Shown: positions 1-8,219 of the stretch, piece after piece
Layout of the letters: each line of letters opens with the position of its first letter
How positions within the stretch are numbered: the stretch's first letter is position 1
Assembly: GCF_019798055.1 (NCBI RefSeq)
Contig: NZ_JAHOPH010000006.1
Span: forward strand, 133,097 to 165,096
Reading direction: 5' to 3'
Length of the DNA stretch: 32,000 nt
Origin: Salsipaludibacter albus
GTDB taxonomy: Bacteria > Actinomycetota > Nitriliruptoria > Nitriliruptorales > Nitriliruptoraceae
Notes under the pieces: model-generated
Told to the model about the DNA's origin: nothing
Seen by the model: the letters and a program-made list of their open reading frames with translations, nothing else
Database searches by the model: none
Position numbers and translations under genes: made by a program

Positions 1-975
1 GCCTACATCGTCGGCGCGATCGGGCTCAACCTCGTCAGCGGGTACGCCGGCCAGCTGTCGCTGGGCCACGCCTTCTTCCTGGCGGTGGGTGCCTACACCG
101 CCGCAGTCATCTCGGGACCCTCGACCCAGACCACGTTCGGACTGGGGATCAACGAGATCCTGGTCTGGCTGCCCGCGGCGGGCATCACCGCCGGGCTGGC
201 CGGCTTCCTGGTCGGTCCGATCGCGACCCGCCTGCGAGGGCTGTACCTCGCGATCGTCACCCTCGGACTGGTGCTGGTCGGCGACCACGTGCTGCGGACC
301 TGGACCGGTCTGACCGGTGGGGTCGGGTTCGGGCGACAGGCACCGGACCCCACGCTGCTGGGCCTCGACCTGTCCACGACCGGGCCGATCCTGGGTGTCG
401 ACGTGGCCCGCAGCGCACTGCTGTACTGGTTCAGCCTCGTCGTGGTGATCCTGCTGACGATCCTGGCGCTGAACCTGGTGCGGTCCCGGACCGGGCGGGC
501 CTTCCAGGCCGTGCGCGACCGCGACGTCGCCGCCGAGATCATGGGCATCGACCTGACCCGCACGAAGCTGATCGCCTTCACGGTGTCGTCGGCCTACGCC
601 GGCATCGCCGGGGCGATGCTCACGATGCGGCTGGAGACGATCGAGGCGACGCAGTTCAACCTCCTGCTGTCGTTCCTGTTCATCGCCATGATCCTGATCG
701 GCGGCATCGCCTCGATCCCCGGGTCGATCGCCGGCGCACTGGTGATCGCGATCCTGCCCGACATCGCCGGTCCCCTGGGCAGCGTCCTGACCCCGGTGTT
801 CGAGACCCTGACGTTCTGGCGCGCCGACGCGGGGTTCCCACTCGACGAGTTCCAGCTCGAACAGTTGCTCTACGGCGCCCTGCTGATCGCCTTCGTCCTG
901 CTCGAGCCCCGGGGCCTCATCGGCCTCTGGGTCCGCGTCCGCAACTACTGGAAGGCCTTCCCATTCTCGTACTGA
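1..975 (+). CDS. Branched-chain amino acid (HAAT family) ABC transporter permease, LivM-like; 5' end outside window
   Basis: Frame 1 is open from base 1. The translation AYIVGAIGLNLVSGYAGQLSLGHAFFLAVGAYTA... is the LivM-type permease signature. The remainder is multi-helix hydrophobic. TGA at 973-975. Confidence 0.85.
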   Translation, partial: AYIVGAIGLNLVSGYAGQLSLGHAFFLAVGAYTAAVISGPSTQTTFGLGINEILVWLPAAGITAGLAGFLVGPIATRLRGLYLAIVTLGLVLVGDHVLRTWTGLTGGVGFGRQAPDPTLLGLDLSTTGPILGVDVARSALLYWFSLVVVILLTILALNLVRSRTGRAFQAVRDRDVAAEIMGIDLTRTKLIAFTVSSAYAGIAGAMLTMRLETIEATQFNLLLSFLFIAMILIGGIASIPGSIAGALVIAILPDIAGPLGSVLTPVFETLTFWRADAGFPLDEFQLEQLLYGALLIAFVLLEPRGLIGLWVRVRNYWKAFPFSY

Positions 976-978
976 GCA

Positions 979-1011
979 GCGTCCTCCGGACGCACGCCTG
1001 CTTCGGCAGGC
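979..1011 (+). other. Two tandem intercistronic stem-loops between the permease and binding-protein genes
   Basis: GCGTCC-tcc-GGACGC (979-993) and GCCTGC-ttcg-GCAGGC (996-1011, UUCG tetraloop) lie directly after the stop codon. No U-tract follows, so this is more likely a processing or stability element than a terminator. Confidence 0.3.
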
Positions 1012-1063
1012 ACCCCGACACGAACACCCCCGGCACAGCCGGGACCACACAAGGAGATACCGC

Positions 1064-2470
1064 ATGAGATCGTTGCGAGGACGAACCCGCACCGTTGCCG
1101 CGCTGGCCGCCGCGACCGCCCTGGTCCTGGCCGGCTGCGGCGGTGACGACGGGGCAGACGAGACCACCGACGAATCGACCGCCACGGAGGAGGAGACGGC
1201 GACCGAGGACGCGACCGCGACCGAGGAGATGACCGAGGAGGCGACCGCCTCCGAGACCGCGGCCGCCGGCGGCGAGGTCGCCACCGGCCGTGGCGTCACC
1301 GCCGAGCCGTGCCCGGACGGCAATCCCGACCGGGGCTGCATCTACCTGGGCATCATCTCCGACCTCACGGTCGGTCCGTTCGCGCCACTCGGGGCGCCCA
1401 TCACCGAGGCCGACGAGGCCTTCTGGACGTGGGTCAACGACAACGGCGGGATCGGCGAGGCCTACGACGTCAACGTGACCGAGTACACCCGTGACTCGGA
1501 GTACAACCCGCAGGTCCATGCCGAGGCGTACGAGGAGATCCGGGGCGAGGTCCTGGCCATCGCGCAGTCGCTGGGCACGTCCCAGACGCTGTCGGTGATC
1601 GAGGCCATGGACACCGACAACATGGTCGCCGGTCCGATGACCTGGTGGTCGGGCTGGAACTACAACGACCTGATCCTGCAGTCCGGCTCGTCGTACTGCG
1701 CGCAGGGCATGAACGGCATCGACTACGTCGCCGACGAGGTCTCGTCGGTCGCGATCGTCAAGTTCCCCGGGGACTACGGCGAGGACTGGGCCGCAGGCGT
1801 GCGCCTGGGCGCCGAGGCCGCCGGTGTCGAGGTGCTCGGCGAGGACATCGAGCAGGTCCCGATCTCGGCCGGTGGCGACGTCGCCGCGGCCGTCGGCGAA
1901 CTCGCCGGCATGGACCCGGCCCCCGACGCCATCTTCATGGCCACCGGTCCGAGCGAGCTCGGCGAGATCGCGGGTGGGCTGGCCCAGCAGGGCTACCAGG
2001 GCCGCTACGTCGGGTCCAACCCGACCTACAACGGCGCACTGCTCGACTCACCCGTCGGTCCGGTGCTCGAGGCGTCCTACGTCGTCATGGGTGCGTTCGA
2101 GGCCTACAACGGCGAGTCGGTGGCGCACGACAACCTGCGTGCGGCCATCCCCGAGCCGGCCAACGACGGGGCCACCTACGGCTGGATGATGTCCTACCCG
2201 CTCCTGTCGGTGCTCGAGGCCGCCTACGAGTCGGGTGACCTCACCCCCGAGGGCGTGCGTGCCGCCGCTGGGTCGGCCACCGTCGACTACGAGGGTGCGT
2301 TGCCCGAGCTGGACCTCTCGGCCGAGGGTGCCGACCAGCAGGTCCGGCAGTCGTCGATCAGCGCTCCCGACCCCGAGGGCGTCACCGGGCTGACGACGCT
2401 GGAGGTGGACTTCACCGGCCCGACGGCCGAGGAGTACCCGTTCGACGAGCCCTGCTTCAGCCTGAACTGA
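1064..2470 (+). CDS. ABC transporter substrate-binding lipoprotein (probably type-1 periplasmic-binding fold, amino-acid family)
   Basis: AAGGAG lies 7 nt upstream of the ATG. Signal peptide with lipobox LVLAGCGG, then a ~45-aa acidic Thr/Glu-rich linker and a ~390-aa soluble domain. It sits next to the LivM-like permease. Confidence 0.85.
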   Translation: MRSLRGRTRTVAALAAATALVLAGCGGDDGADETTDESTATEEETATEDATATEEMTEEATASETAAAGGEVATGRGVTAEPCPDGNPDRGCIYLGIISDLTVGPFAPLGAPITEADEAFWTWVNDNGGIGEAYDVNVTEYTRDSEYNPQVHAEAYEEIRGEVLAIAQSLGTSQTLSVIEAMDTDNMVAGPMTWWSGWNYNDLILQSGSSYCAQGMNGIDYVADEVSSVAIVKFPGDYGEDWAAGVRLGAEAAGVEVLGEDIEQVPISAGGDVAAAVGELAGMDPAPDAIFMATGPSELGEIAGGLAQQGYQGRYVGSNPTYNGALLDSPVGPVLEASYVVMGAFEAYNGESVAHDNLRAAIPEPANDGATYGWMMSYPLLSVLEAAYESGDLTPEGVRAAAGSATVDYEGALPELDLSAEGADQQVRQSSISAPDPEGVTGLTTLEVDFTGPTAEEYPFDEPCFSLN

Positions 2471-2487
2471 GCAGGTCGGAGTCCTGA

Positions 2488-2524
2488 CCGGTGGGGTGCC
2501 CGCAACATGGGGGCACCCCACCGG
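2488..2524. terminator. Bidirectional stem-loop between convergent genes
   Basis: Perfect 14-bp arms CCGGTGGGGTGCCC (2488-2501) and GGGCACCCCACCGG (2511-2524) with a 9-nt loop. It lies between the stop at 2470 (+) and the stop at 2550 (-). Confidence 0.6.
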
Positions 2525-2549
2525 CCGTTCGGGCCCCGGGCCCGGCGGG

Positions 2550-3728
2550 CTATCGCGCGAACGGGAGCCGCACCCGCAGGGACGGTGCGTGGGACCATCG
2601 GTCGACGACCCGGGCCAGCACCGGCCCGACGGTCGCGGTGACCAGCACGTAGCCCGCCGCGACGGCCGACAGCCGGGAGCTGCCCCCGGCGGTCACGCCC
2701 AGGCCGGCGATGATGATCGAGAACTCGCCCCGTGCGGCCAACAGCGTCGCGGCCCGCCAGCGCCCCCGCGTGCCGATGCCCGCGCGGCGACCGCCGTACC
2801 ACGCCACGACCCCCTTGGTCAGGATGGTCACGACGGCCAGCAGGACCACCGGGAGCGCGACCGCGGGCAGGACCGACGGGTCGGTGGAGAGGCCGAAGAA
2901 GACGAAGAAGACGGCCGCGAAGAGATCGCGCAGGGGCATCAGGAGGGTCTCGGCCCGGTGGGCGGCAGGGCCGGAGATCCCGATGCCGACCAAGAACGCG
3001 CCGACCGCGGCCGACACGTGGATCGCCTCGGCGAGGCCGGCCACCAGCAGCGCCACGCCCAGGATCGTGAGGAGGTTGACCTCGTCGGAGTCGGAGAACG
3101 CCGCGGCGCTGACGCGCTCCCCGTGGCGCACCGACAGGAACAGGGTGAGGGCGACCGCACCGAGGGCGACCGCGACGGACACGGCCGCACCGACGATCGT
3201 TCCCCCGAGCGCGATCGCACCGAGCACCGGCAGGATCACCGCCATGGCGAGGTCTTCGAACACCAGCACGGACAGCACGACCGGTGTCTCGCGGTTGCCC
3301 GTCCAGCCGAGGTCGGCCAACACCTTGGCCACGACCCCCGACGACGAGATGTAGGTGACCCCACCCAGGAACAGCGACGGGATCGCGCCGAGGTCGAGCA
3401 GCAGGCCGGCCACGAACCCGGGCGTGAAGTTCAACGCCATGTCGGCGAGCCCGATCGGGGTCGCACGACGCAGGTTGTCGGTCAGCTCGCGACCCGAGTA
3501 CTCCAGTCCGAGCATGAGCAGCAGGAGGATCACGCCGATGTCGGCGCCGGTTTCGACGAACTCCTCCGAGACGTCCAGGGGCAGCAGGCCGCCCTCGCCG
3601 AACGCCAGTCCCGCCGCCAGGTACAGGGGGATCGGCGAGATCGACAGCCGGCCGGCGAGCCGTGCCATCAGCGCCAGCAGGAACAGGACCCCGCCGACCT
3701 CGAGCAGCACGAGGACGGTGTGGCTCAC
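2550..3728 (-). CDS. Cation:proton antiporter, CPA2 (Kef/KhtU-like) membrane subunit
   Basis: The 392-aa polytopic protein has the typical CPA2 N-terminus MSHTVLVLLEVGGVLFLLALMARLAGRLSISPIPLYLAAGLAFGEGGL. Its GTG start overlaps the upstream gene's stop (GTGA at 3725-3728). Confidence 0.9.
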   Translation of the reverse strand: MSHTVLVLLEVGGVLFLLALMARLAGRLSISPIPLYLAAGLAFGEGGLLPLDVSEEFVETGADIGVILLLLMLGLEYSGRELTDNLRRATPIGLADMALNFTPGFVAGLLLDLGAIPSLFLGGVTYISSSGVVAKVLADLGWTGNRETPVVLSVLVFEDLAMAVILPVLGAIALGGTIVGAAVSVAVALGAVALTLFLSVRHGERVSAAAFSDSDEVNLLTILGVALLVAGLAEAIHVSAAVGAFLVGIGISGPAAHRAETLLMPLRDLFAAVFFVFFGLSTDPSVLPAVALPVVLLAVVTILTKGVVAWYGGRRAGIGTRGRWRAATLLAARGEFSIIIAGLGVTAGGSSRLSAVAAGYVLVTATVGPVLARVVDRWSHAPSLRVRLPFAR

Positions 3729-4210
3729 GTGGCCGTCAGCAGCGTCCGGACGGCCTGGATCCCGTCGCTGGTGCCCGCGACGACCAGCGTGTCCCCCGCC
3801 TGCATGGCGAAGTCGGGCTCCGGCGCGGGCACCGGGCCGGTGGACCGGAGCACGGCGACGATGCTCGCCCCGGTGTGGGTGCGGATCGCCATCTCGGCGA
3901 TGGACCGACCAACGGCCGGTGACGCAGCGTCCACGTCCAGCCAGGCGAAGACCAGCCCCTCGATCTCGTAGCTGCGCTCGTCCGCACGTTCCTCGATGGA
4001 CAGCACCCCGAGTGACTCGACCAGGCTGTGGGCGTCGTCCTCACTGAGCTGGACGGTCACCCGGGTGGCGTCCGGGTCCTCCGGTCCGCACACGAACACC
4101 TCGCGTCGACCGCTGTGGTGCTGGACGACCCCCATGCGGCGGCCCTCCTCGGTCACGAACTCGACCCGTTGGCCGATCCCCGGCAGCTTCGTCTCGTCGA
4201 GATGGCCCAC
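3725..4210 (-). CDS. Cation:proton antiporter regulatory subunit (KhtT-like, C-terminal TrkA-C domain)
   Basis: I place the start at GTG 4210, which has AGGAG 7 nt upstream. The product begins VGHLDETKLPGIGQRVEF, like KhtT N-termini. The C-terminus has the TrkA-C pattern (GRSIAEMAIRTHTGASIVAV...AGDTLVVAGT). The ATG at 4375 in the ORF track would pull the AT-rich intergenic sequence into the gene. Confidence 0.75.
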   Translation of the reverse strand: MGHLDETKLPGIGQRVEFVTEEGRRMGVVQHHSGRREVFVCGPEDPDATRVTVQLSEDDAHSLVESLGVLSIEERADERSYEIEGLVFAWLDVDAASPAVGRSIAEMAIRTHTGASIVAVLRSTGPVPAPEPDFAMQAGDTLVVAGTSDGIQAVRTLLTAT

Positions 4211-4320
4211 GGCGCCGCTCCTGTCGTCCCGGTCGACGACGGTATCCCCAGCATCCGTCTCCGGCCCCCCAGTGGCGTGATGGGCCCCCGGGCTCGCACT
4301 CCGTCCGTCGACCCTTGACA

Positions 4321-4375
4321 AGGCTAAGACTATTAGCCACACTGGGGACCCCCGGAGGCTAAGGCCATTAGCCAC
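4321..4375. promoter_or_regulatory. Pair of near-identical 20-nt operator-like units, each with the dyad GGCTAA-N5-TTAGCC
   Basis: AGGCTAAGACTATTAGCCAC (4321-4340) and AGGCTAAGGCCATTAGCCAC (4356-4375) are 18/20 identical and 35 nt apart start to start. They sit in the only AT-rich patch of the divergent khtT / hydrolase intergenic region. TTGACA at 4315-4320 abuts unit 1. Confidence 0.5.
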
Positions 4376-4414
4376 CGGTCAGACACCGGGACGACCCGGA
4401 GAGGGAGCACCGCC

Positions 4415-5242
4415 ATGGGTCCCGACCCCACGAACGACACGACGACCGGAACGCAGTACCTCGACCGCCCGGGCGGACGCATCGCCTTCGACGTCACCGG
4501 CCACGGCCCACTGCTGGTGCTCTCGCCCGGCATGGGGGACGTCCGGGAGTCCTTCCGCTTCCTGGTGCCGCGACTGGTGGAGGCCGGGTACCGCGTGGCC
4601 ACGGTCGACCTGCGAGGCCACGGGGACAGCGACACGACCTTCGACGACCACGGCGACGTCCCGACCGGCACGGACCTGCTGGCCCTGGTCGATCACCTGG
4701 GCGGCCCGGCGGTCCTGGTCGGCAACTCGATGAGTGCCGGCGCGGCCGCCTGGGCGGCTGCCGAGGACCCGGGTGCCGTCCGGGCCCTCGTGCTGCTCGG
4801 TCCCTTCGTGCGCCAGCCTCCGTCGAGCCCGGTGCTCGCGATCGCGCTGCGCCTGGGTCTCCTGCGACCCTGGGGCCCATCGGTGTGGTCCGCCTACCAC
4901 GCCAGCCTGTACCGCGGCGCCCGGCCCGACGACCTCGCCGGTCATCGCGCCCGCATCCGCACCAGCCTCGCCCGACCGGGCGCGTGGCACGCATTCCAGG
5001 CCACCACGCAGACCTCCCACGCACCCGTCGAAGCACGCCTGGGCGAGGTCGAGGCGCCGACCCTGGTGGTCATGGGCACCGCGGACCCGGACTTCCCCGA
5101 CCCCGAGCAGGAGGCCCGCTGGATCGCCGACCGACTCGCGGGCCAGGTCCAACTGGTGGAGGGAGCCGGGCACTACCCACACGCCGAGTTCCCCGACCTG
5201 GTGGCCCCACGCATCGTCGAGTACCTGGGTGGGGTGGCCTGA
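4415..5242 (+). CDS. Alpha/beta-fold hydrolase
   Basis: GAGGGAG lies 7 nt upstream of the ATG. Nucleophile elbow GNSMSAG, HG oxyanion-type motif (VTGHGPLLVLSPGMG), and a C-terminal GAGHYPH catalytic His region. Confidence 0.85.
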   Translation: MGPDPTNDTTTGTQYLDRPGGRIAFDVTGHGPLLVLSPGMGDVRESFRFLVPRLVEAGYRVATVDLRGHGDSDTTFDDHGDVPTGTDLLALVDHLGGPAVLVGNSMSAGAAAWAAAEDPGAVRALVLLGPFVRQPPSSPVLAIALRLGLLRPWGPSVWSAYHASLYRGARPDDLAGHRARIRTSLARPGAWHAFQATTQTSHAPVEARLGEVEAPTLVVMGTADPDFPDPEQEARWIADRLAGQVQLVEGAGHYPHAEFPDLVAPRIVEYLGGVA

Positions 5243-5803
5243 GTGCCCCGCGCCGGACTCGACCCCGACCGCGTGGTGCGGGCCGCCGCCGACCTGGTCG
5301 ACGACGTCGGCCACGACCAGCTGACCCTCGCGGCCGTCGCCGCCCACTTCGACGTGGCCGTCCCCAGCCTCTACAAGCACGTGGGCGGGATCGACGACCT
5401 GCACGGCCGGCTCGCGGTGCTGGCGGTCGAGGAGCTCGGGGCACGACTCGCCGCCGCGGCCGGCGGACCCCACGCCGGGGACGAGCCGTTCCGGACACTG
5501 GCTCGGGCGTACCGGGCCTACGCCGTCGAGCATCCCGGCCGCTACGCGGCCACGGTCCGTGCTCCCGGCCCCGACGACGTCGCCCTGCGTGCCGCCAGCG
5601 ACGCGGTGCTCTCGACCGTCCTGGCGGTGCTCGGGGACCTCGGGCTCACCGGCGACGACGCTGTCGACGCCGCCCGTGCCGTCCGCTCGGCCCTGCACGG
5701 GTTCGTGACCCTCGAGGCCGCCGGGGGGTTCGGGCTGCCGCGCGACGTCGACCGGTCCTTCACCTCGCTGGTCGACACGCTGCATCGGGGCCTTCTCGCA
5801 TGA
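5243..5803 (+). CDS. TetR/AcrR-family transcriptional regulator
   Basis: The GTG start follows the hydrolase TGA directly. N-terminal HTH: LTLAAVAAHFDVAVPSLYKHVGG. The C-terminal part resembles the WHG-type TetR ligand domain (SALHGFVTLEAAGGFG). Confidence 0.85.
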   Translation: MPRAGLDPDRVVRAAADLVDDVGHDQLTLAAVAAHFDVAVPSLYKHVGGIDDLHGRLAVLAVEELGARLAAAAGGPHAGDEPFRTLARAYRAYAVEHPGRYAATVRAPGPDDVALRAASDAVLSTVLAVLGDLGLTGDDAVDAARAVRSALHGFVTLEAAGGFGLPRDVDRSFTSLVDTLHRGLLA

Positions 5804-5925
5804 GTGGACCCGGGTCCCGACCGATCGACGCCTGACGTCTCGTCGACCCCGAGGTCCTGCCGAGGGGCGGACCATCGGCGGACCGCACCGGGCCGGACTC
5901 CAGCCGGATCGAGGGACGCGATTCC

Positions 5926-5931
5926 TACGAT
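5926..5931 (+). promoter_or_regulatory. Candidate -10 hexamer (TACGAT) placed for a leaderless transcript of the SQR-like gene
   Basis: A TAnnnT hexamer ends 7 nt before ATG 5939, and no SD sequence lies in between (ctcggac). Confidence 0.3.
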
Positions 5932-5938
5932 CTCGGAC

Positions 5939-7168
5939 ATGAACACATTGCTGATCCTCGGGGCAGGCACGGCCGGGACCATGGCCGCCAACCTGTTGCG
6001 CACGAAGCTGGGCGACGACTGGTCCATCACGATCGTCGACCGCGACAACGAGCACCACTACCAGCCGGGCTACCTGTTCGTGCCCTTCTGGATGCCGGAG
6101 GGACGGGTCGTCAAGGAGCGTGACGCGTTCCTGCCGGACGGCGTGGACTTCGTCCAGCGCGACATCGCCCGGGTGCATCCCGACCAGCGCTGGGTGGAGC
6201 TGGCCGACGGCCAACGGCTGGACTACGACTGGCTGGTCATCGCCAGCGGATCTCGTCCGCGCCCGGATCTCGTGCCGGGCATGGCCGACGGTTCGCTCTG
6301 GCGGGACAAGGTCCACGAGTTCTACACCCTCGAGGGCTCCGTCGCCCTGCGGGACGCACTGGCCGACTTCCACGAGGGCCGCCTGCTGGTCCACTTCGCC
6401 GACCAGCCGATCAAGTGCCCGGTCGCCCCCCTCGAGTTCACCTTCCTGGTCGAGGACAAGTACCGCAAGGCCGGCCTGCGCCACGACGTCGACATCACCT
6501 ACGTCACACCGCTCGACGGTGCGTTCACCAAGCCCGTCGCCTCCGAGACGCTGGGCGACCTGCTCCGGCAGCGCAGCATCCGGTTGGCCGCCGACTTCGC
6601 GGTGGAGCGGATCGACAACGACACCCAGCACCTGGTGTCCTGGGACGGCCGCGAGCTGCCCTTCGACCTGCTGGTCAGCATCCCTCCCCACACGGGGGCG
6701 CAGTTCGTCATGGACTCGGGCCTGGGCGACGACCTGGGCTTCGTCCCGGTCGACAAGCACACGTTGCAGGCGGTGGACCACGAGCGGATCTTCGTCCTGG
6801 GCGACGCCAGTGACATCCCGACCTCCAAGGCCGGGTCCGTGGCGCACTTCGCCGCAGAACTGTTCGTCGACAACTTCCTGGCGGCGGTGGCCGGCGAGCC
6901 GATGCCCCGGTCCTTCGACGGACACGCCAACTGCTTCGTGGAATCCGGGCGCAACCAGGCCCTGCTGCTGGACTTCAACTACGACACGCAGCCCCTGACC
7001 GGGACCTTCCCGGCGGCCGGCGTGGGGCCGATGCGGCTGCTCGAGCCGACCCGGATCAACCATCTCGGGAAGCTTGCATTCGAGCAGGTCTACTGGCGGC
7101 TGCTCCTGCCCGGCAAGCGGCTTCCCGTGCCGGCGAACATGTCCATGGCTGGCAAGAACGAACCCTGA
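5939..7168 (+). CDS. FAD-dependent sulfide:quinone oxidoreductase-like flavoprotein
   Basis: Start re-picked at ATG 5939 (MNTLLILGAGTAGTMAANLL, the GxGxxG dinucleotide fold). Cys-containing motifs PIKCPVAPLEF and GHANCFVESG, and a GDASDIPTSKAGSVA motif as in the SQR/FCSD family. The upstream 45 codons in the ORF track look non-coding. Confidence 0.8.
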   Translation: MNTLLILGAGTAGTMAANLLRTKLGDDWSITIVDRDNEHHYQPGYLFVPFWMPEGRVVKERDAFLPDGVDFVQRDIARVHPDQRWVELADGQRLDYDWLVIASGSRPRPDLVPGMADGSLWRDKVHEFYTLEGSVALRDALADFHEGRLLVHFADQPIKCPVAPLEFTFLVEDKYRKAGLRHDVDITYVTPLDGAFTKPVASETLGDLLRQRSIRLAADFAVERIDNDTQHLVSWDGRELPFDLLVSIPPHTGAQFVMDSGLGDDLGFVPVDKHTLQAVDHERIFVLGDASDIPTSKAGSVAHFAAELFVDNFLAAVAGEPMPRSFDGHANCFVESGRNQALLLDFNYDTQPLTGTFPAAGVGPMRLLEPTRINHLGKLAFEQVYWRLLLPGKRLPVPANMSMAGKNEP

Positions 7169-7178
7169 GAGGCGCGCC

Positions 7179-7493
7179 ATGCCCACGAACACGCTCAACG
7201 GTCACACGTTCACGGTCGATGACGAGGGCTTCTTCACCGACCCCGACCAGTGGAGCCCCGAGCTCGCAGCCGACATGGCCGAGCTGATCGGCACCGAGCT
7301 GGACGACGCACACATGGCGCCGTTGGAGTTCATGCGCTCCGACGCCGCGGAGCACGGCGCCACCCCGACCCTGCGCCGGATGCACGCCACGGGGGGCTTC
7401 GACATCAAGGAGCTGTACCGGCTGTACCCGGGCAAGCCCGTCAAGAAGATGGCCTGGCTGGCCGGCCTGCCCAAGCCGACCGGCTGCGTCTGA
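7179..7493 (+). CDS. TusE/DsrC-family sulfur-relay protein (single C-terminal Cys)
   Basis: Start at ATG 7179. The C-terminus LAGLPKPTGCV is the hallmark DsrC/TusE arm. The position of the second DsrC cysteine, about 10 residues upstream, is Ala (KKMAWLAGL). Confidence 0.85.
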   Translation: MPTNTLNGHTFTVDDEGFFTDPDQWSPELAADMAELIGTELDDAHMAPLEFMRSDAAEHGATPTLRRMHATGGFDIKELYRLYPGKPVKKMAWLAGLPKPTGCV

Positions 7494-7519
7494 ACCAGGC
7501 AGCGACGAGGAGACACGCC

Positions 7520-8137
7520 ATGGCCACCATCCCCGACGGGTTCGTCATGCCGGACTTCGGTGACCCCGCCCCCGCCGACAACGGCACCACGCCCGCGACG
7601 GCCACCGCCACGGCCGCAACGGCCACCTCCACCGGCCCCCGCAGGATGGCCTTCATCTGCTCGAAGGGGAACCTCGACATGGCCTACCCGGCCCTGATCG
7701 TGGGCAACGCGGCCCTGACCGAGGGTGTCGAGGTGCTGATCTTCTTCACCTTCTGGGGCCTGGACATGATCAACACGCAGGTCAACGACAAGCTCAAGTT
7801 CACCGTCAGCGGCAACACCGCGATGCACATGCCAGACCTGGCGAAGGTTCGACCGGGCCTGGAGTACAAGGCGATCCCGCAGGCGCTGGGCAACCTGCCC
7901 GGCATGACCGCCTACGCCACCCGGCACATGAAGGAGGAGATGGACAAGCTGGGGGTGCCACCGGTCCCGGAGTTCCTCGACCTGCTGGCCGCCTCGGGTG
8001 CCCACCTGTACGCCTGCAAGCTCAGCTACGACATGGCGAAGATGATCGAGGCCGACCTGCACCCGGCCGTCGAGGGCGTGATCACCGCGGCCGACTTCGT
8101 CGAGCTCGCCGAGGGCGCCCAGATCGTCTTCATCTGA
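7520..8137 (+). CDS. DsrE/DsrF/DrsH-like (COG2210-type) sulfur-carrier family protein
   Basis: GAGGAG lies 8 nt upstream of ATG 7520. The core [23 protein letters not shown]...[10 protein letters not shown]...ITAADFVE is typical of the DsrE-like family. The ~40-aa N-terminal extension is Thr/Ala-rich. Confidence 0.8.
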   Translation: MATIPDGFVMPDFGDPAPADNGTTPATATATAATATSTGPRRMAFICSKGNLDMAYPALIVGNAALTEGVEVLIFFTFWGLDMINTQVNDKLKFTVSGNTAMHMPDLAKVRPGLEYKAIPQALGNLPGMTAYATRHMKEEMDKLGVPPVPEFLDLLAASGAHLYACKLSYDMAKMIEADLHPAVEGVITAADFVELAEGAQIVFI

Positions 8138-8145
8138 TCCAAACA

Positions 8146-8162
8146 TGAGTGGTCACCACTCA
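8146..8162 (-). terminator. Stem-loop, possible terminator for the MaoC gene
   Basis: The 17-nt palindrome TGAGTGGT-c-ACCACTCA forms a 7-bp stem with a 3-nt loop. On the minus strand it is followed by UGUUUGG. It lies between convergent stops at 8137 and 8220. Confidence 0.35.
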
Positions 8163-8219
8163 CGCGCCACGGGTGGTCGTTCGTCGCGACACCGACGCCA
8201 GCGGTCGTGCGGCAGGGGC

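Noticed and set aside
2496-3971. 491-aa plus-strand ORF over the antiporter locus
   Set aside because: It is antisense to the CPA2 transporter. The translation is a highly charged Arg/Asp/Glu/Gly/His/Gln-rich sequence with no fold signature.
4211-4375. Possible c-di-AMP (ydaO-type) or other riboswitch in the leader of the K+ antiporter operon, and the 216-aa extended KhtT ORF
   Set aside because: A 9-bp long-range pairing (4234-4242 with 4301-4310) exists, but that is unremarkable at this G+C content. I could not recognise ydaO consensus elements by eye. The extended ORF would translate the AT-rich operator region with poor codon bias. A covariance-model scan would settle the riboswitch question.
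4379-7198. 939-aa ORF on the minus strand spanning the hydrolase, TetR and SQR-like genes
   Set aside because: It is antisense to three genes with clear family motifs and SD sequences. Its translation is Arg/Gly/Val/His-rich with no motif. Long stop-free antisense frames are expected at this G+C content.
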